64,000 nucleotides of DNA from the human T2T-CHM13v2.0 reference genome, Homo sapiens: the NCBI RefSeq assembly GCF_009914755.1, contig NC_060929.1. One strand, given 5' to 3'. This document shows, piece after piece, positions 1-14,243 of this stretch. Below the pieces are notes generated by a model that was not told the DNA's origin, did no database searches, and saw nothing but the letters and a program-made list of their open reading frames with translations. The number at the start of each line of letters is the position of its first letter. The stretch's first letter is position 1. Both the position numbers and the translations under genes were made by a program.

Positions 1-54
1 ACATTAAAACAATTAACCCTCAGCCTTCATGAACTAACTTTTTTCAGGTCAACT

Positions 55-433
55 AGTATCTTAGTTCATGTTCTGCTGCTTTAACAGAATACCAGATGCT
101 AGGTAATTTACAATAAACAAATTTATTTGTTTCATGGTTCTGGAGGCTGGGAAGTCCAAGATTGAGAGGCTGCATCTGGTGAGGGCCTTCTTGATGCATC
201 ATCTCATGATGGAAGGGCAGAAGGGTAAGACAGCACACACATGAGAGAAAGAGAAGGGGGCAAACTTACCTTTTGCCAGGAACCCACACCCCTGATAAGA
301 GCATTGATCCATTCTTAAGGGCAGAGCCCTCATGACATAATCACCCTCTTAAAGGTCCCACCTCTCAACATTGTTGCATTGGGGATTGAGTTTCCAGCAC
401 ATAAACTCTGGGGACACACTCAAACCACACCAG
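55..433 (-). mobile_element. MaLR solo LTR (MSTD/MLT1A-like)
   Basis: Reverse-complement MaLR motifs: ttctggaggctgggaagtccaagat, gggcagagccctcatgac, ggggacacactcaaaccac. Confidence 0.8.
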
Positions 434-562
434 CTTGTAATTTTCCTTTTTAATCATTTTATTTTAGTGTAGGGAGGTTTTTCATTTATATGTAGTCAAA
501 ATTATGACTTTTTTTTATTGCTTTAGGGTTAGGCCTTTTGTTTTGGTAATAATAGTAAAGTA

Positions 563-896
<334 letters not shown>

Positions 897-911
897 TTAA
901 AAGTATATTCT

Positions 912-1217
<306 letters not shown>

Positions 1218-1504
1218 CTACAACAGGGTGATGCCAGCAGTTGATACAATCACTATTTACATACCTTTTTACACCATCTCAGCAAATCAGGAAGCCACGG
1301 GAGCAACTTTCATCTAACAGTTCCCTATAGAGCATGTGCACATGAAGACAAAATAGAAGTCAGTATGGGTTCTACAGATATGAAAAGAGGATCTCAGTTG
1401 TTCTGTTAGTAAAAAAGAGCTTGTCCCAGTCTTTCCTAATAAACTTTTTTGGGATATTCAATTAAAACACTTACAGCTAAGAAAAGACCAAAGTGCCTCG
1501 ATGA

Positions 1505-1765
1505 TTAAATGTAACATGATATCCTGGTGGGATTCTAGAATAAAAAAGAACAGTAGGTAAAACTAAGGAAATCTAAATAAAGGATTTAGTTAATAATAAT
1601 GTATTATTTTGCTTTATTTGTTGTGACAAATGTTTAATACCAACCTGAAATATTCACTAACAATAAAGGAATCCAGGTGCAGAGTATAAGAGAGCTCTGT
1701 TATCTTTGCAATTTCTCTGAAACTCTAAAACCATGCTAGAATCAACAAGTTTATTTAAATAAAAA
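1505..1765 (+). mobile_element. Old L1M (L1MC-like) 3' UTR fragment
   Basis: aaactaaggaaatctaaataaagg...tgtgacaaatgt...tatctttgcaatttctctgaaactctaaaac resembles L1MC 3' ends. Confidence 0.6.
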
Positions 1766-1899
1766 ATACTTCCTAAAATATAAACAAAACTTAGAGTTAA
1801 ACATGGTCATTAAAATAGAAATTAACAACAAATGGGAGAAACTATATACGGGCTACAAATAAATAGTTAACACATTTATTTAGACAATTGTACTAAAAA

Positions 1900-2250
1900 G
1901 AATTTGTTTAGGGTTAAGCCCAGAGTGAGAAAAAATAAAAAATAAAAACAAGATGGAAAAACAATAAACAGATATACAATCTAATTAGAGAGATAAAAAG
2001 ATTTTGAAATAAAATAGGAAAAGTAGTTAAGAAATATGTAGGGCAGATTGACAGAAGCAAGGACATGTCTAAATAGGATCTCCAGAAGAGAGCAGGAAAG
2101 AGTGACAGAAAGCCAATATTGAAATCGGCAATAAACTGTTTCCAGAATAAAAGAGACATGAGAATCCAGATTCCACGTGTACACCACATGCTGACTAGAA
2201 TACATGGAAATAAATCTGTTTTAGAAAACCTGAAAGCTAAAAGGCTTTTG
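1900..2250 (+). mobile_element. Degenerate L1ME/HAL1 ORF1-like fragment
   Basis: A-rich sequence with ORF1-like motifs (aataggatctccagaagagag, tttccagaataaaagagacatgagaatccagatt). Confidence 0.4.
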
Positions 2251-2592
2251 CTCATAGATTCGCTGGCTGTGCACTGCACATGGACTGTTTTGTAATGGCA
2301 CTTTTTAGTTTGTAAAGTATATAACATGAACACCTATACGTGGTGGACCTGCAGGAGAGAAAATAAAAATACCAACGGTGGAACCACTGTTAGATTGAGA
2401 GTAAGCATCTCCCTACCAACAAAATCTGCCAAAACAATGCTCTGAGGGGCAAAATTCTATCAACCCAGAAGTGCGTATTGACTGGAGAATAATTTAACCT
2501 TAGGAAATTAATAGAGTTCATCACATTGTGGTATTGAGGGATTAAAAAGATATCTACTTTAATAGTTTCACAAAGCTTTTTATAGAATTTTA

Positions 2593-3060
<468 letters not shown>

Positions 3061-3153
3061 TTAGATGGCATTTACATTGTATTAAGTATTATAAGTAATC
3101 CAGAGTTGATTAAAGTATACAGTAGAATGTGTAGGCTGTTATACATGCAAATA

Positions 3154-3471
3154 CTCTCATCCCTTGGTATTCATGTGGGATTGGTTCCAGGACCTCCATG
3201 GATACCAAAATCTGTGAATGCTCAGATCTTTTATATAAAATGGCACAGTATTTGCATAGAACTATAAACATCAATATACCTTTAATTAACTCTAAATTAC
3301 TTGTAATACCTAATGCAAAGTAAATGCTATGTAAATACTTATACTGTGTTGCTTTTTATTTGTATTAGTTTTTACTATTGTACTATTTTTTATTCTTTTT
3401 TTAAAAGTATTTTCCATTCATAGTTGGTTGACTCCTCATGTTCAGTACTCTCAAATACACAGTGTCAACTG
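3154..3471 (+). mobile_element. MER2-family DNA transposon (inner copy)
   Basis: cccttggtattc...gattggttccaggacc...caactg, flanked by TA at 3152-3153 and 3472-3473. Confidence 0.8.
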
Positions 3472-4242
3472 TATTATGTCATTTTATATAAGGAACTTGA
3501 GCATCTGTGGATTTTGGTATCCACTGGAGTCCTGGAACCAATCCCCTGTGGATACCAAGAAACAATTGCATCCTCCTGATCCACACTTAGTGATTGACTA
3601 ATGCATGGCTGTTTTTATAAATAATTTGGAATTGTAGTGTTATTCTTATTAAAGTTTCTAATGAAGCAAGATTATTTGCCATTATCTCTGTAATTCACAT
3701 TTTTCTGTAAGCAATAAGTATTACTACAAGACTGGAAGGAATATGAGAAGTCACAAATAACAGAAAGTTTTAGTGGTAAATAATCATTAGTTATAAAAAG
3801 TACATTGGTGTGCTGAAAAACACAAGAAAATCAAGACTGGTTAAAAAAGAAATCAAAAAGCCCCAAAGTTTCTATAAATTAGAAGTAACTGCTTAGAAAA
3901 TGTTATTGGAAAACAATATTAATAAGTGGCACAGAATTTAAATACAGGACTTTTGTGAACAGAACTATAAGACCTTTTCAGAGGACATAAAGATGTGAAC
4001 AAATGGAGAATCTCCTCTGTTACTCAGTGGGGAAGAGGCACCAGTGGGAGGTGAAGAGTTTGGGAAAGGCCTTTCAGGGAACACCATAGCCAAAACCCAC
4101 GCAGGAAAACATTGATAGAGCTGAGAACCAATGTATTTAAAAGATTTAAAAGATTGCTAAAGTCCATTGTCCACTGGGAAGAAAATGTGTGTAACATAGA
4201 CAGTATAAGAGAAAATGTTTCTATTTTAATATTAATGAGCTC

Positions 4243-4568
4243 TGTCTTAGTTTATTTGGGCTGCTAAAATAAAATACCCTAAACTGGTGGCTTATAAACA
4301 GCACATTTATTCCTCATGGTTCTGGAGACTGGGAAGTCCAAGATCAGGATACTATATTCCGTATCTGGTGAGGGCCACTTTCTGGTTCATAGATGGCCAT
4401 CTTCTCGCAGTGTTCTCACCCGCTGGAAGGGCAAGGCAGTTTTCAGGGCTCTCTTTTATAAGGGCACTAATGCTATTCCCAAAGACCCCACCTCCTAATA
4501 CCATTACCTTGAAGGCCACAACTTCAACATATGAATTTGGAAAAGACATAAACATTCAGACCATAACA
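4243..4568 (-). mobile_element. MaLR solo LTR (MLT1A-like)
   Basis: tgtcttagt...cattcagaccataaca termini; near-TSD agctc/tgctc. Confidence 0.85.
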
Positions 4569-5619
4569 TGCTCTTACAAATTAATTAGAAAAGGCTATTC
4601 TGTCTTAAAAATAGTTTCACAAAGTGAATTTTCAATGGTCAGAATTCCAAATGGTATCCTGTGCATCATCTTCACTTGGGGGTCTCCTAAGCTTTGCTCC
4701 TGTCCCTCATCGAGCCTCCCTGTCCCTTCCCAGGGTCTCTTGCAGGCATGCTCCCTTTGATTCTCCCATTCATTGTCCAGGTGCAAGGTCACCTGCAGGC
4801 ACAGATCTTAGATCCCCACCCACTGGCTTTCCCTGACACCATTCCCATTCCCAATGGCCCCAGCCTCTTCCATTTCAGCTCTGGAGAGTGGGCACTGACT
4901 GTGGAAGGTTCTGGCCTGGCTCTGCCCTTCATCTCTGTCCCCGCCTGCTCTGGTCTTTGCTTGCAACCCCTTTTACCCAGTGACGTGTGTTCCCAGATTC
5001 CCTTTGGGCTGATTTCCCCAGTGAGCATTGTCTCACATTATTTACCTGTTGGTTCTTACCTCAAGCCAGCCCTGCCTTTCCTCTGCCCTGCAGAAACTCT
5101 TCAGTACTTTCTTGTTTATAGATGGCATATTGGATTTCTTTTCCCATGTGTCAGTGCCAATGCCAGTTGTCTTCCATTTACCCCATTCTTCTTTTCACTT
5201 ACTAGAAATTCAGGAGGCAGTCATTGTGTAGGGGGTCAGATCTTCATCCAGAACCTGACCTGCCATGTCAGTGGGAAGGCTGTAACTGATGCTCAATCAG
5301 TAACAGTTCAATAGAAAATCATAAAACAAGTGTTTTAGAAATGGCAAAAGAATTTTATTTGAGCTGAAAAATTTTAACAGAGGTCGAATTACACCAGAAA
5401 CAACACAGGATTTACTAGAAAATCTTGACTATAGTGCTGGATGTGTTAAATTGGTTAAATTTAATAAACCAAACACATTTGTTTTTCTTGTATTGCTAAA
5501 AAAATTAACCATTCTTTATATGCCTCTCTAAGTCATTGTTTCTTGGAAAAACAAACAAACAAGTTACATTTTTTATAAAGTCTAGTTCTTTTAACAATTC
5601 TGTTGAACTATAATTAATG

Positions 5620-6585
5620 AAAAAAAGTTGTAGATATTTAATATGTACCACTTGATGAGTTTGGAGATAAGTATACACCCATGAAGCCATCACCACAATC
5701 TATGCCACGAACCTATTCCTCACCTCCAAAACTTTTCTCCTACACTTTTTATTTACCATTACTATTATTGTGATAAAAACACTTAACATAACATCTACTC
5801 TCTTCATGACTGTAAAGTGTATAATAAAGTATTATTAGCTCTAGACACTATGCTGCATAGTAGAGTCGCAAAAATTACTTATTTTGCATAATTGAAATTC
5901 TGTATCCTTCAACTATCACCTTCCCATTTTCTTCTATCCAGTTCCTGGAAACCAGCATTCTATTTTATGATTCTGTAAGTTTGACTATTTTAGATTCCAC
6001 ATGTAAATGAAATCATATAGTATTTGTATTTCTGTGATTGGCTTATATAACTGAATATAATACCGTCCACATCTATTCATGTTGTTGCAAATGGAAGAAT
6101 CTTTTTATTCTTTTTTAATGTGGAATAAAATATCATTGTGTATATATACCACAATTTCTTTCTTCATTCATTCATTGAAGGTCATTTAGGTTGCTTCCAT
6201 GTCTTGGCTATTGTCAATAATGTTTCAATGAACATGGAAGTACAGATAACCCTTCAATATGTTTTTTTCAATTCCTTTGAATAAACACCTAGAAGTGAGA
6301 TTGCTGGATGATATTTTATGTTCAATAGTTAATAGTTAATTAATACTAATAGTAAATATTTTTATTTTTCTGAGGAACCTCCATAGTGCTTTCCTTAATG
6401 GCTGTACTAGTTTACATTTCTACCAACAGTGTACAAGGACTCCCTTTTTTTCTATTGCTTCTTTGATCTATATGTCTGTGACTACAACAGTACCATGCCG
6501 TTTGGATTACTGTAGTTTTTAAATATGTTTTGAAATCAAGAATTGTGATGCCTCCAGCTTTCTTCTTCTTGCTCAAAATTGTAGA
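5620..6585 (-). mobile_element. L1MA/L1MB 3' fragment
   Basis: Antisense L1 3'UTR/ORF2 motifs; minus-strand ORF contains [24 protein letters not shown] (ORF2-like). Confidence 0.85.
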
Positions 6586-7757
6586 AACTCTAGTTTTCAA
6601 TCGACATTTGAAAACGTTTTCTGTATGTTTAATCCTTTAATCTCTAAACGTTTTATTTTCTGGTTGTTCATTTGCAAGCATCATCTTTTTGGTTATAAAA
6701 ACTGCCAATTGTTATGTTACAATCATTCATTAAGTATGTTTGTTATTGTCATTGTTTACAGAGTCTGTCTTTCTCTTTGATGACCTTGAATAAAGACAAT
6801 GAAACTTAGCAATGTGACTGGAGGTGCATGTTTTTTTGTTCCTTTAGGAGAAAGTGTAGGAGAAGTCTTTGGGATTTTATCATAGCAAGGGTGAAGAAAG
6901 AGGCGAGACCCTGAGGTCTGCAAATGCCCCTGAAATATCAAGGCCACTTGTCATGAAAGGTGTCATATTTTAATGAGAACGGTTCCAGTATTCCATGAAC
7001 CATACTTGATTCTCATAAGTACCAGCCTGCAGGGCAACATAGACACAAGGCAGGAGGAACTAAGTAGGGGAGACCCCCAGCCAGTGGCTGCCCTCCAAAG
7101 ATCAGGAGGCATATCTTTCTTCCATGATTTATTGCCTTTTTCATATCTTCTTTTCTTTATCACTAAAATTCAAATTCTTTCTGTTAGTAGATTGTGATAA
7201 AATAAAGTTAGACCCAGGAACTCTGAGTCAAGTACTATATTTGCTACTCCCTAAATGATAAAATGATGCTCTCTGGCTTGGGATTTTTTGGGTTTTCCTT
7301 TTTGTGAATAGAAAATAGTAGCCACCCAACAGAATTGATGCACAACTTACAAGAAATACACTAGAAATGAGTGGCTCTCGATGAGTGTTAGCCAAGTCTG
7401 GAAGAGTCTCACAGTGCCACTTGAATTAATTCTGAAGTTTTACTCCTTAACAAAGGTAAATAGTGGTATTGAAGAGTTGAGAAACTCTCTCCTCTAACTC
7501 CAGACGTATGATCAGTCCTCCTCTTAGGTACAATTCAAGCCCATGTGCAAAGTGGCCAGACTTCTCTGTTCTTGCCAATAGGTCTCCACCTCTTCAGAAA
7601 CCAAATACTGGACAGCTGGTGACAAAGGGTGACAAAAAATGTTCAACTTATGCAGTGTGATGAGAAAAAGCATAGATTGAGTTCCTATATAAAGCCTGTA
7701 CCCAACATCTAGCATGAACCTCAGTGTTTGATCAGAAGTAAGTAGAGGCTAAGCCTA

Positions 7758-7800
7758 GAAATAAAATAAAATAAAATAAAATAAAGCAAAACAAAAACAT
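7758..7800. repeat. (AAAAT)n simple repeat
   Basis: Visible pentamer repeat. Confidence 0.8.
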
Positions 7801-7819
7801 AACAAACGCGAGCATGCCT

Positions 7820-7960
7820 ATTGCATTCTAGAAACTGTTCTAAAAACTTTTCATATATTAGCACATCCAAAGCTTGCAGCAATCTTGTGAGTAGAGGCTG
7901 TAGTTAAGCTCATTTTAGAGATGTGTACAGAGACAGGGAGTGACTTGCTCAGGTCCCCCA
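7820..7960 (-). mobile_element. MIR fragment
   Basis: ctcattttagagatg...gtgacttgctcaggtc MIR core. Confidence 0.55.
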
Positions 7961-9974
7961 GGGAGTGGGCTCTGGCATCTGTGTTCCTGATAGCTGCTCT
8001 AGATAGCATCTCTGTGCTCCAGAACAGACCTGTGGTTACAATACTCTGGATTTAGGCACCATTTGCTGAGAATGGAAGAACATAGAATTTAGGGCCTGTC
8101 CTTTAAAGAAAAAGAATGTGAGAAGAAGAAATTTAGCTAGAAAAACAAAAAAGGCTATCGTATTTGGCAATCAAGATGACATGAGTGACATTTACAGAGA
8201 GGTTTCTGGCATTTACCTGGGGTATGTAGGATGTGGAAGGGGAGATGCTCAGGCTTTTTGCAGTAAAGAGAAGAACATTATGATAGTAGCTTAAGCAAGC
8301 CATAGACTCAGAAGACCCTTTTAATGGGAGGAAAGAACTGGGTGCATTCTTAGAAGAAACAGAGCCACATAAGAGGAAAATATAGAAGACACAAGAGAGA
8401 GAACTGAGATACTCACAGCAAGAATCCAGAGGAAGCTAGGAGTTGAGGAGACGGAGTCCAGAGCATGGATAGAAGAAATGGCATTGTTAGATAGGAGGAG
8501 CGCTTGTCCATCTAAGACAGAAGCACAGGAGATGAGCTTGGAACCAGCGACACCACCTGCAACTCTTCCCCAGCTGCAACATCACTAATGTGATGAATGT
8601 GCCCTTACGTTTATCCGACACATATATAAAGTTCATTGTGTGGATTGGTGAGGCAAGATGACCACCCTAGCAAATGGGTGGCAGTATAGGATCAGCTCAT
8701 TCAACTCATCAGCCCTATAGTGTAGACAGTTCTACCGAACACTTGTGGCATACTTACTCCTGAAATTCTGTGCCCAAAAAGGAAAGTTAAAAGATGTCTC
8801 TCGAGATGGTGTCTCATGTCACAGCAGAGACATAAGCAGTTTCCAAAAGCTGTTGTCAAGATTCAGAATCAGAACGGTCCGGCCAGCTGTGTGCCTCACA
8901 TGTAAGCATTAACGAGTGTCTTGTGTTTATGATGCTTTGAAGTTGTTACAAGAGATAGATCATTAGATTAACACATACTGTACAAATATTCCATTATCCT
9001 CCAAATTCCCCACTGAGAAAAAAAGGCAACTGCAAATCTAATTTGAAAGATTGGTTTGAAGAAAAGCTATGGCAAGCTTCCCAGAGTCTTGTGGTTTTCT
9101 GGGTCCCTGACCCTGCATTTGTCTCCTGGAATCACCTCAGCAGTGTGAGCAGGGCCACCAAGCCCAAGCTGCCGGGAGCAGCTGGAGAACACATCTCCAG
9201 ATTCCTCAAGTGACCAAAAGGAAATGAATTCAGTCACCATACATATTCATACACACATGTATAAAATAAATGTGCATTTTTATATTCAGCCTACTTAATT
9301 AGAAAAGTCCCCTGGGCTGTCACTGTCACTGAGTTAATAGTGAGCTTTCTTAGGATTTGCCAAGAATAAAGACATGAAAATACATAGCAAGTCAAGGAAA
9401 GATAAGCATCGTCTAAATAGAAGGGCTTATGCTTCAGTTCTTTTATGAATTACTAGCACTTTCATATTTTGTGAGGTTTTCTTTAGAGATTCAATACAAT
9501 ATGTAGAATATAGCACATGATAAAAATTTGATAGCACGATAGAAACTGGATTTTTAAAAGAGATGAAAAAATGAAAGAAAGGAAAGCAATGAGGCCAAAA
9601 TTACTAATTAATGATCCATTTAGAGGTCAAATAATGAGTATTGGATAAACAAAGCGTGCATGTTCTATTTAATTTCATTTATTGGTCACCACTGTGCCTG
9701 AGACAATTTATAATCTCATTTCTACACTCTGTTTTTTTTTCTTCTTTGCCATATTCCAAGCAAAACATCTAATGTGCTGTATTTTGGGGAATAAATGTTG
9801 ATTCAGTATTTAAAATAAGCATCTAAGACTAGTAAATGCTGTAGAACATATACAGTTGAACAAGAAAACATCTTATTAAGGAGGTTAACTAAATAAGTTA
9901 GGTAAGTTAATGAATAAGAATATATGGCAGAATTTAAGTATCAAGAGAAAAGAGGATATTAATCATGCCTTTTT

Positions 9975-10500
9975 ATTGTCTGTATTTTTTATGTTTGACA
10001 TCTGGGGCCTTGCTAACTCTGGAAAGATTGCCCCTTACAGGGCTAGCTAATTGCCAGAGATATTAAAGGACTTGCCTGCAAATGTACCTTCCATATGCAA
10101 ATCAACCAATCCAGAGCTTATACCTTGGACCACCAACTTTATTGACACTTATACTCAGGGCTACTACTTTCCTGTCCTAATTACACCAGAATCAGGTAGC
10201 AGATAAGGGACACCTCCTAGCCCCCAGTGCATGCTGAAATTATTGAAACTAGCCAATTCTAAGCCTGTCTATACTGTCTCGGCCTGTTCCTTCCTGCAGA
10301 AACCACAAGGCAGGCTCTTGCTCATGTTTGCCTCTCATTCCCTCTGCCTCCTGGCTAAGCTGGTGTTTCCCCATGTGGACCTCCATGGTATGGCATTCCT
10401 ACTCCTCTTGGGATCTGTAACAAACTATCTTTTCAATGACTATTGAATGACATTGCAATGATGATTCACCATACCTGAATAACAATAATAAAATACAAGT
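9975..10500 (+). mobile_element. ERVL LTR (LTR47-like)
   Basis: tttgacatctggggccttgct...catatgcaaatcaaccaatccagag...aacaaactatcttttcaatg...caccatacctgaataacaataataaaa. Confidence 0.7.
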
Positions 10501-11357
10501 TTAGATAGAGAAAGTGATGACAAATAAATGGAGACATCATGTAGGCAAGTCAGGCTTCAAGAAGAATATAGCATTGGCCCAATGTATAAAACATTGAAAG
10601 GGTTTGAAAGGCAGAGAAGGAAAATCCTGTGTCCACAGAAACAGCACCAGAATCAAAGTCAAATTGAGAAATTATGCTTGATCAACACAAAGGTCAATGG
10701 ATGGAAGTTAGACCACATTAAGCTTTCTGCAGATGAGCAAAATGGTAGTGGAAATTAATTCTATAGTATAGAGTATAGATAGGAGAAGACAGTGCCTGAG
10801 CGTACTCCAAAAGTCACCGTGGAGCCTGAAATAAATCAACCTTCCTTGACAGATAGGTAGGTAAGGAGGTAAAAACAACATTTAAGTGCCTTTTGCCTTT
10901 ACATAAATTGCCTTTCTCTTTTATTTTTTTCCATAGGCATGTAAAATGGGTAGTCTCATGTCCCATTTACAGCTGGAAAATGAAGAATCCCAGAGTTAAG
11001 AGACTGCTCAGTGTCCAAACATGGTAAAAAGCAGAAGATTTGTTAGCACCCAAATCTAACTCAAAAGTTAATACCACAAAACATTCCAGGTAAAGTGAAA
11101 TTGAAGGGCATATCAAAGGAAAATAAGAGAGAGAGGTGGAGGGAGAAAAAGAGAGAGAGAAAATAACTAACATAACCAACATAAATCTAAGATGGATAGA
11201 AAATCTGCAAGGATTTCTACTCATCAAAAGGACAAACACCACCACCAGTTTTTCAATGACCATTGAATGACTGTTCAGTGATGATTCATCATACCTACAT
11301 AACAATAATAAAACACATTTTTAAATAGAGGGAGTGATGACAAATAAATGAAGATAT
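10430..11357 (+). repeat. Diverged ~108-bp direct duplication (10430-10537 and 11250-11357)
   Basis: Both copies read ttttcaatgac.attgaatgac...catacct..ataacaataataaaa...agtgatgacaaataaatg; offset 820 bp. Confidence 0.85.
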
Positions 11358-13024
11358 TTATTTTGTGGTCAGTATTCCACCTGTTCTTTGCCTCTTGAAA
11401 TAGTACTCATGTTTAAACATGCTAGAAAAATGACATGTTTGTTTCCCATTCCATGTCACACGACTCAGCATCTCCAATTCTAGAAATTTCAAAACCTAGA
11501 GACCTATTCCTCTACTTCCAGCATTGTTTTTCATAGTAGGCAGGCACCTTACTCCACACCTCTGCAATTCAATTTGGAGATGGAAGCTTCCAGAAGAGGA
11601 CAGGCTGGGAACTAGCTTTTGATCATGCCACATTGCATTTCTGGAGATCTGGGTGGGGAGGAAAGGCAGGAGATGGCCGGTAAATATGAGCTGGATGTTG
11701 TGCTAACCTATGCATCCTACCAATGCAGAAGGGCAAGCAGCCATGCTAGAGGCAGGAGATGACTCCACTTCAGCAGTCTCTGGGCAGCAAAGGCTGTTAA
11801 GCACTGAGAACACAACTGAAGGCTACACATGCTATTTGTTTTCCATAAGCAGAGTCAATGTTCATAATTTGTTATTGTTGATCAGATCTCAACTTGTACA
11901 AGTTGCAACATCTAACTATAATGTATTCATCTTTGTAATTACTGGCAAAGGTTGTAAGTCACTTGCAGATTTTAGAGAAAATGAATGAGAAAATAACAAC
12001 AAATAATTCAAAAAATATGAAAAATGAAATCACATTCAAAGTTGAATTCAGAGGCAAATACATAGCCTTAAATGGTTTATTATTCAGCAAAAGTAATGAA
12101 AACCAAAGAATTAAGCAAGTACTCAATGATACTAAAAAATCAATACATTTGCTATTACTAAAAATTTAGAATTTAAATCAAGGATAATAAATAATAAAAA
12201 CAATACTTAAAAGACCTGATTTATAAAAGGCTGTGTATTTTTTTTTTAAGTATAATTCTAAGAAAGATTTAAGGACCAGATTTTACCATAAGTTACCTAT
12301 AGGTTCCAAATAATAAATTCCAATATATAGTAACTTAAATTATGCAATATATTGGCATCAATTATGACAGAAAAGGATCAATATGATCAGTATATAAAGA
12401 GCTACATAAAGAGCCCTTAAAATCATGAAGGAAAACTTTAACACCCCAAAGTACAAAGTCAAAGGCAATATTTAATTTACTGAATATATATGAATTGCCA
12501 ATAAAAATAGAAAATACTTCTCATCTTACCAGTGCTCAAATATGCCAAAAGCAGAGGGTATGGCTGAATCCTTTGCTATCCACATATCTCCACCTTGGCT
12601 CAGAGAAAGGGAATGCTTATTTCCCCCTTACCAAAGGGTTGTTCTTCTCAGGGGACTCTTTTCCATCTTTCCTGGGCCTTACTCCCGTGATTTATCTGAT
12701 GGGTGATACTGATGGATGACTGGTATTCATTGGACCTTATTTCTCTTTAGAGTGACTCTCTTAAAATAAGGATCACATATGTGGCATAGACGGTTGTCCA
12801 TTGCTTCCTCCTGAACACATTTGTTCGAGTTCATGCGTTTGTTCTCCAAACCTGGAGAGTCAGACCACTCACTTTATAATTTACATTATAACTTGCTTTC
12901 TCTATTTGCAATGCGGTGGTCCAGTCAAATGCAATTGCTGTGTATATCACCATAGATATATGTATTTTGATTCCCAAAATTCTAATGTTTTTAAAATTTG
13001 AGGTCAACACTACTCAAAACATGC

Positions 13025-13415
13025 CAGAGAATTGCGTCCCCTGAAGGGTCATGTGTTGGAAACTTAATCCCCAACACAACAGTGTTGGGAGGTGGGGCCT
13101 AAGAGAGGTGTTGGGTCATACAGATAGAACCCTCATGAGTGGAATAATGTTATTATCACAGAAGAGGGTGGGTTATCCAGAGAGTAGGTTGTTATAAGTG
13201 AGTCCAGACCCTGTTTTCTCTATCTGATATTCTGGCTTCTGCCCTCGCCTTTCCAGCATGAGATAACCCTAGCCAGGTTTTGGTGCTATGCTCTTGGACT
13301 TCCCAGACTCCATATGAGAGAAATGGTCTCCATAGGTGAGAAATAAATTTATTTTCCTTGTAAATTATCCATTTTGTGGTGTTCTGTTACAGCAGCAGAA
13401 AACAAACCAGGAGAG
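13025..13415 (+). mobile_element. MaLR solo LTR (MSTD-like)
   Basis: ggaaacttaatccccaa, ttgggaggtggggcct, ctcttggacttcccag, agaaataaattt. Confidence 0.8.
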
Positions 13416-13467
13416 AACACCAGTCTGATTGCTTCCTACATGGAAGGTGTGATATTTTAAAAATGTA

Positions 13468-14243
13468 TTTTGAAAGCAAATAGAATCTTAGGACCCCAAA
13501 CTCACTATGCCAAAGGGAAAGTTAAGGTTGGGGGCTGAGTCACACAATACTGCCTTTCTTTTCTTCCCAAGGAGATGTAATTTCACTACTCTATGTCTCA
13601 CCCATAGGCCAGGTTTCTACAATCATAGGGCCACATGTTTCCCCAGATGACCTCCCTCAAAAATTGCTTACAAGGAAGTTCCTTGTGAGCAGTTAAGTCT
13701 TTCAGAATACATAGCTTTCCTGTAAATTAGCCTTAAAACTGAGTTCTGTTGAATCTCACCTTGGAAGTGTCAATTACCAGCTTATTTTCACAGGTACAGG
13801 ACAAGACCAGAAATCATTCCCCCACCTAGTCTGAGATGAATGCATAACTGACTTTTCCTCTACTCTCTCTTTTCACATTTACTGTATCTTCAGTAAAATG
13901 TAGACTTACTGAATGCAAGATAAGGCATAATTGACTTGTCTTCTACTCCCTCTTTTCACATGTAAAATGTAGATTTAGTGAGACTACTCAGAGCTTCACA
14001 AGAATGTAACCATTTGTCTCACTGCCTTACCTTCCCTTTTTTACCTCCTGCTTGCTCTTTCCCCATTAAACACTGCAGTTCCCCAAGTTCGCTTTTTAAA
14101 AAAACACAGGTCATGTATAGTCCTGTGACTTACGGAGTTTGTTGTTGTTGGTTTGTTTGTTTTCTTTCTAGGTGTGTCTTCCTCAACCTTGGCTAAATAA
14201 ACTTCCATGTATTGAGACCTGCCCTAGTCACTTTTTGGTTAAT
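13468..14243 (+). mobile_element. ERV1 MER4-group solo LTR (MER72-like)
   Basis: ggaccccaaactcactatgccaaagggaaagttaag 5' end; cctcaaccttggctaaataaac...tttttggtt 3' end. Confidence 0.7.

Noticed and set aside
4287-5314. 157-aa and 206-aa plus-strand ORFs
   Set aside because: Partly MaLR-derived with non-ATG starts and no recognisable family.
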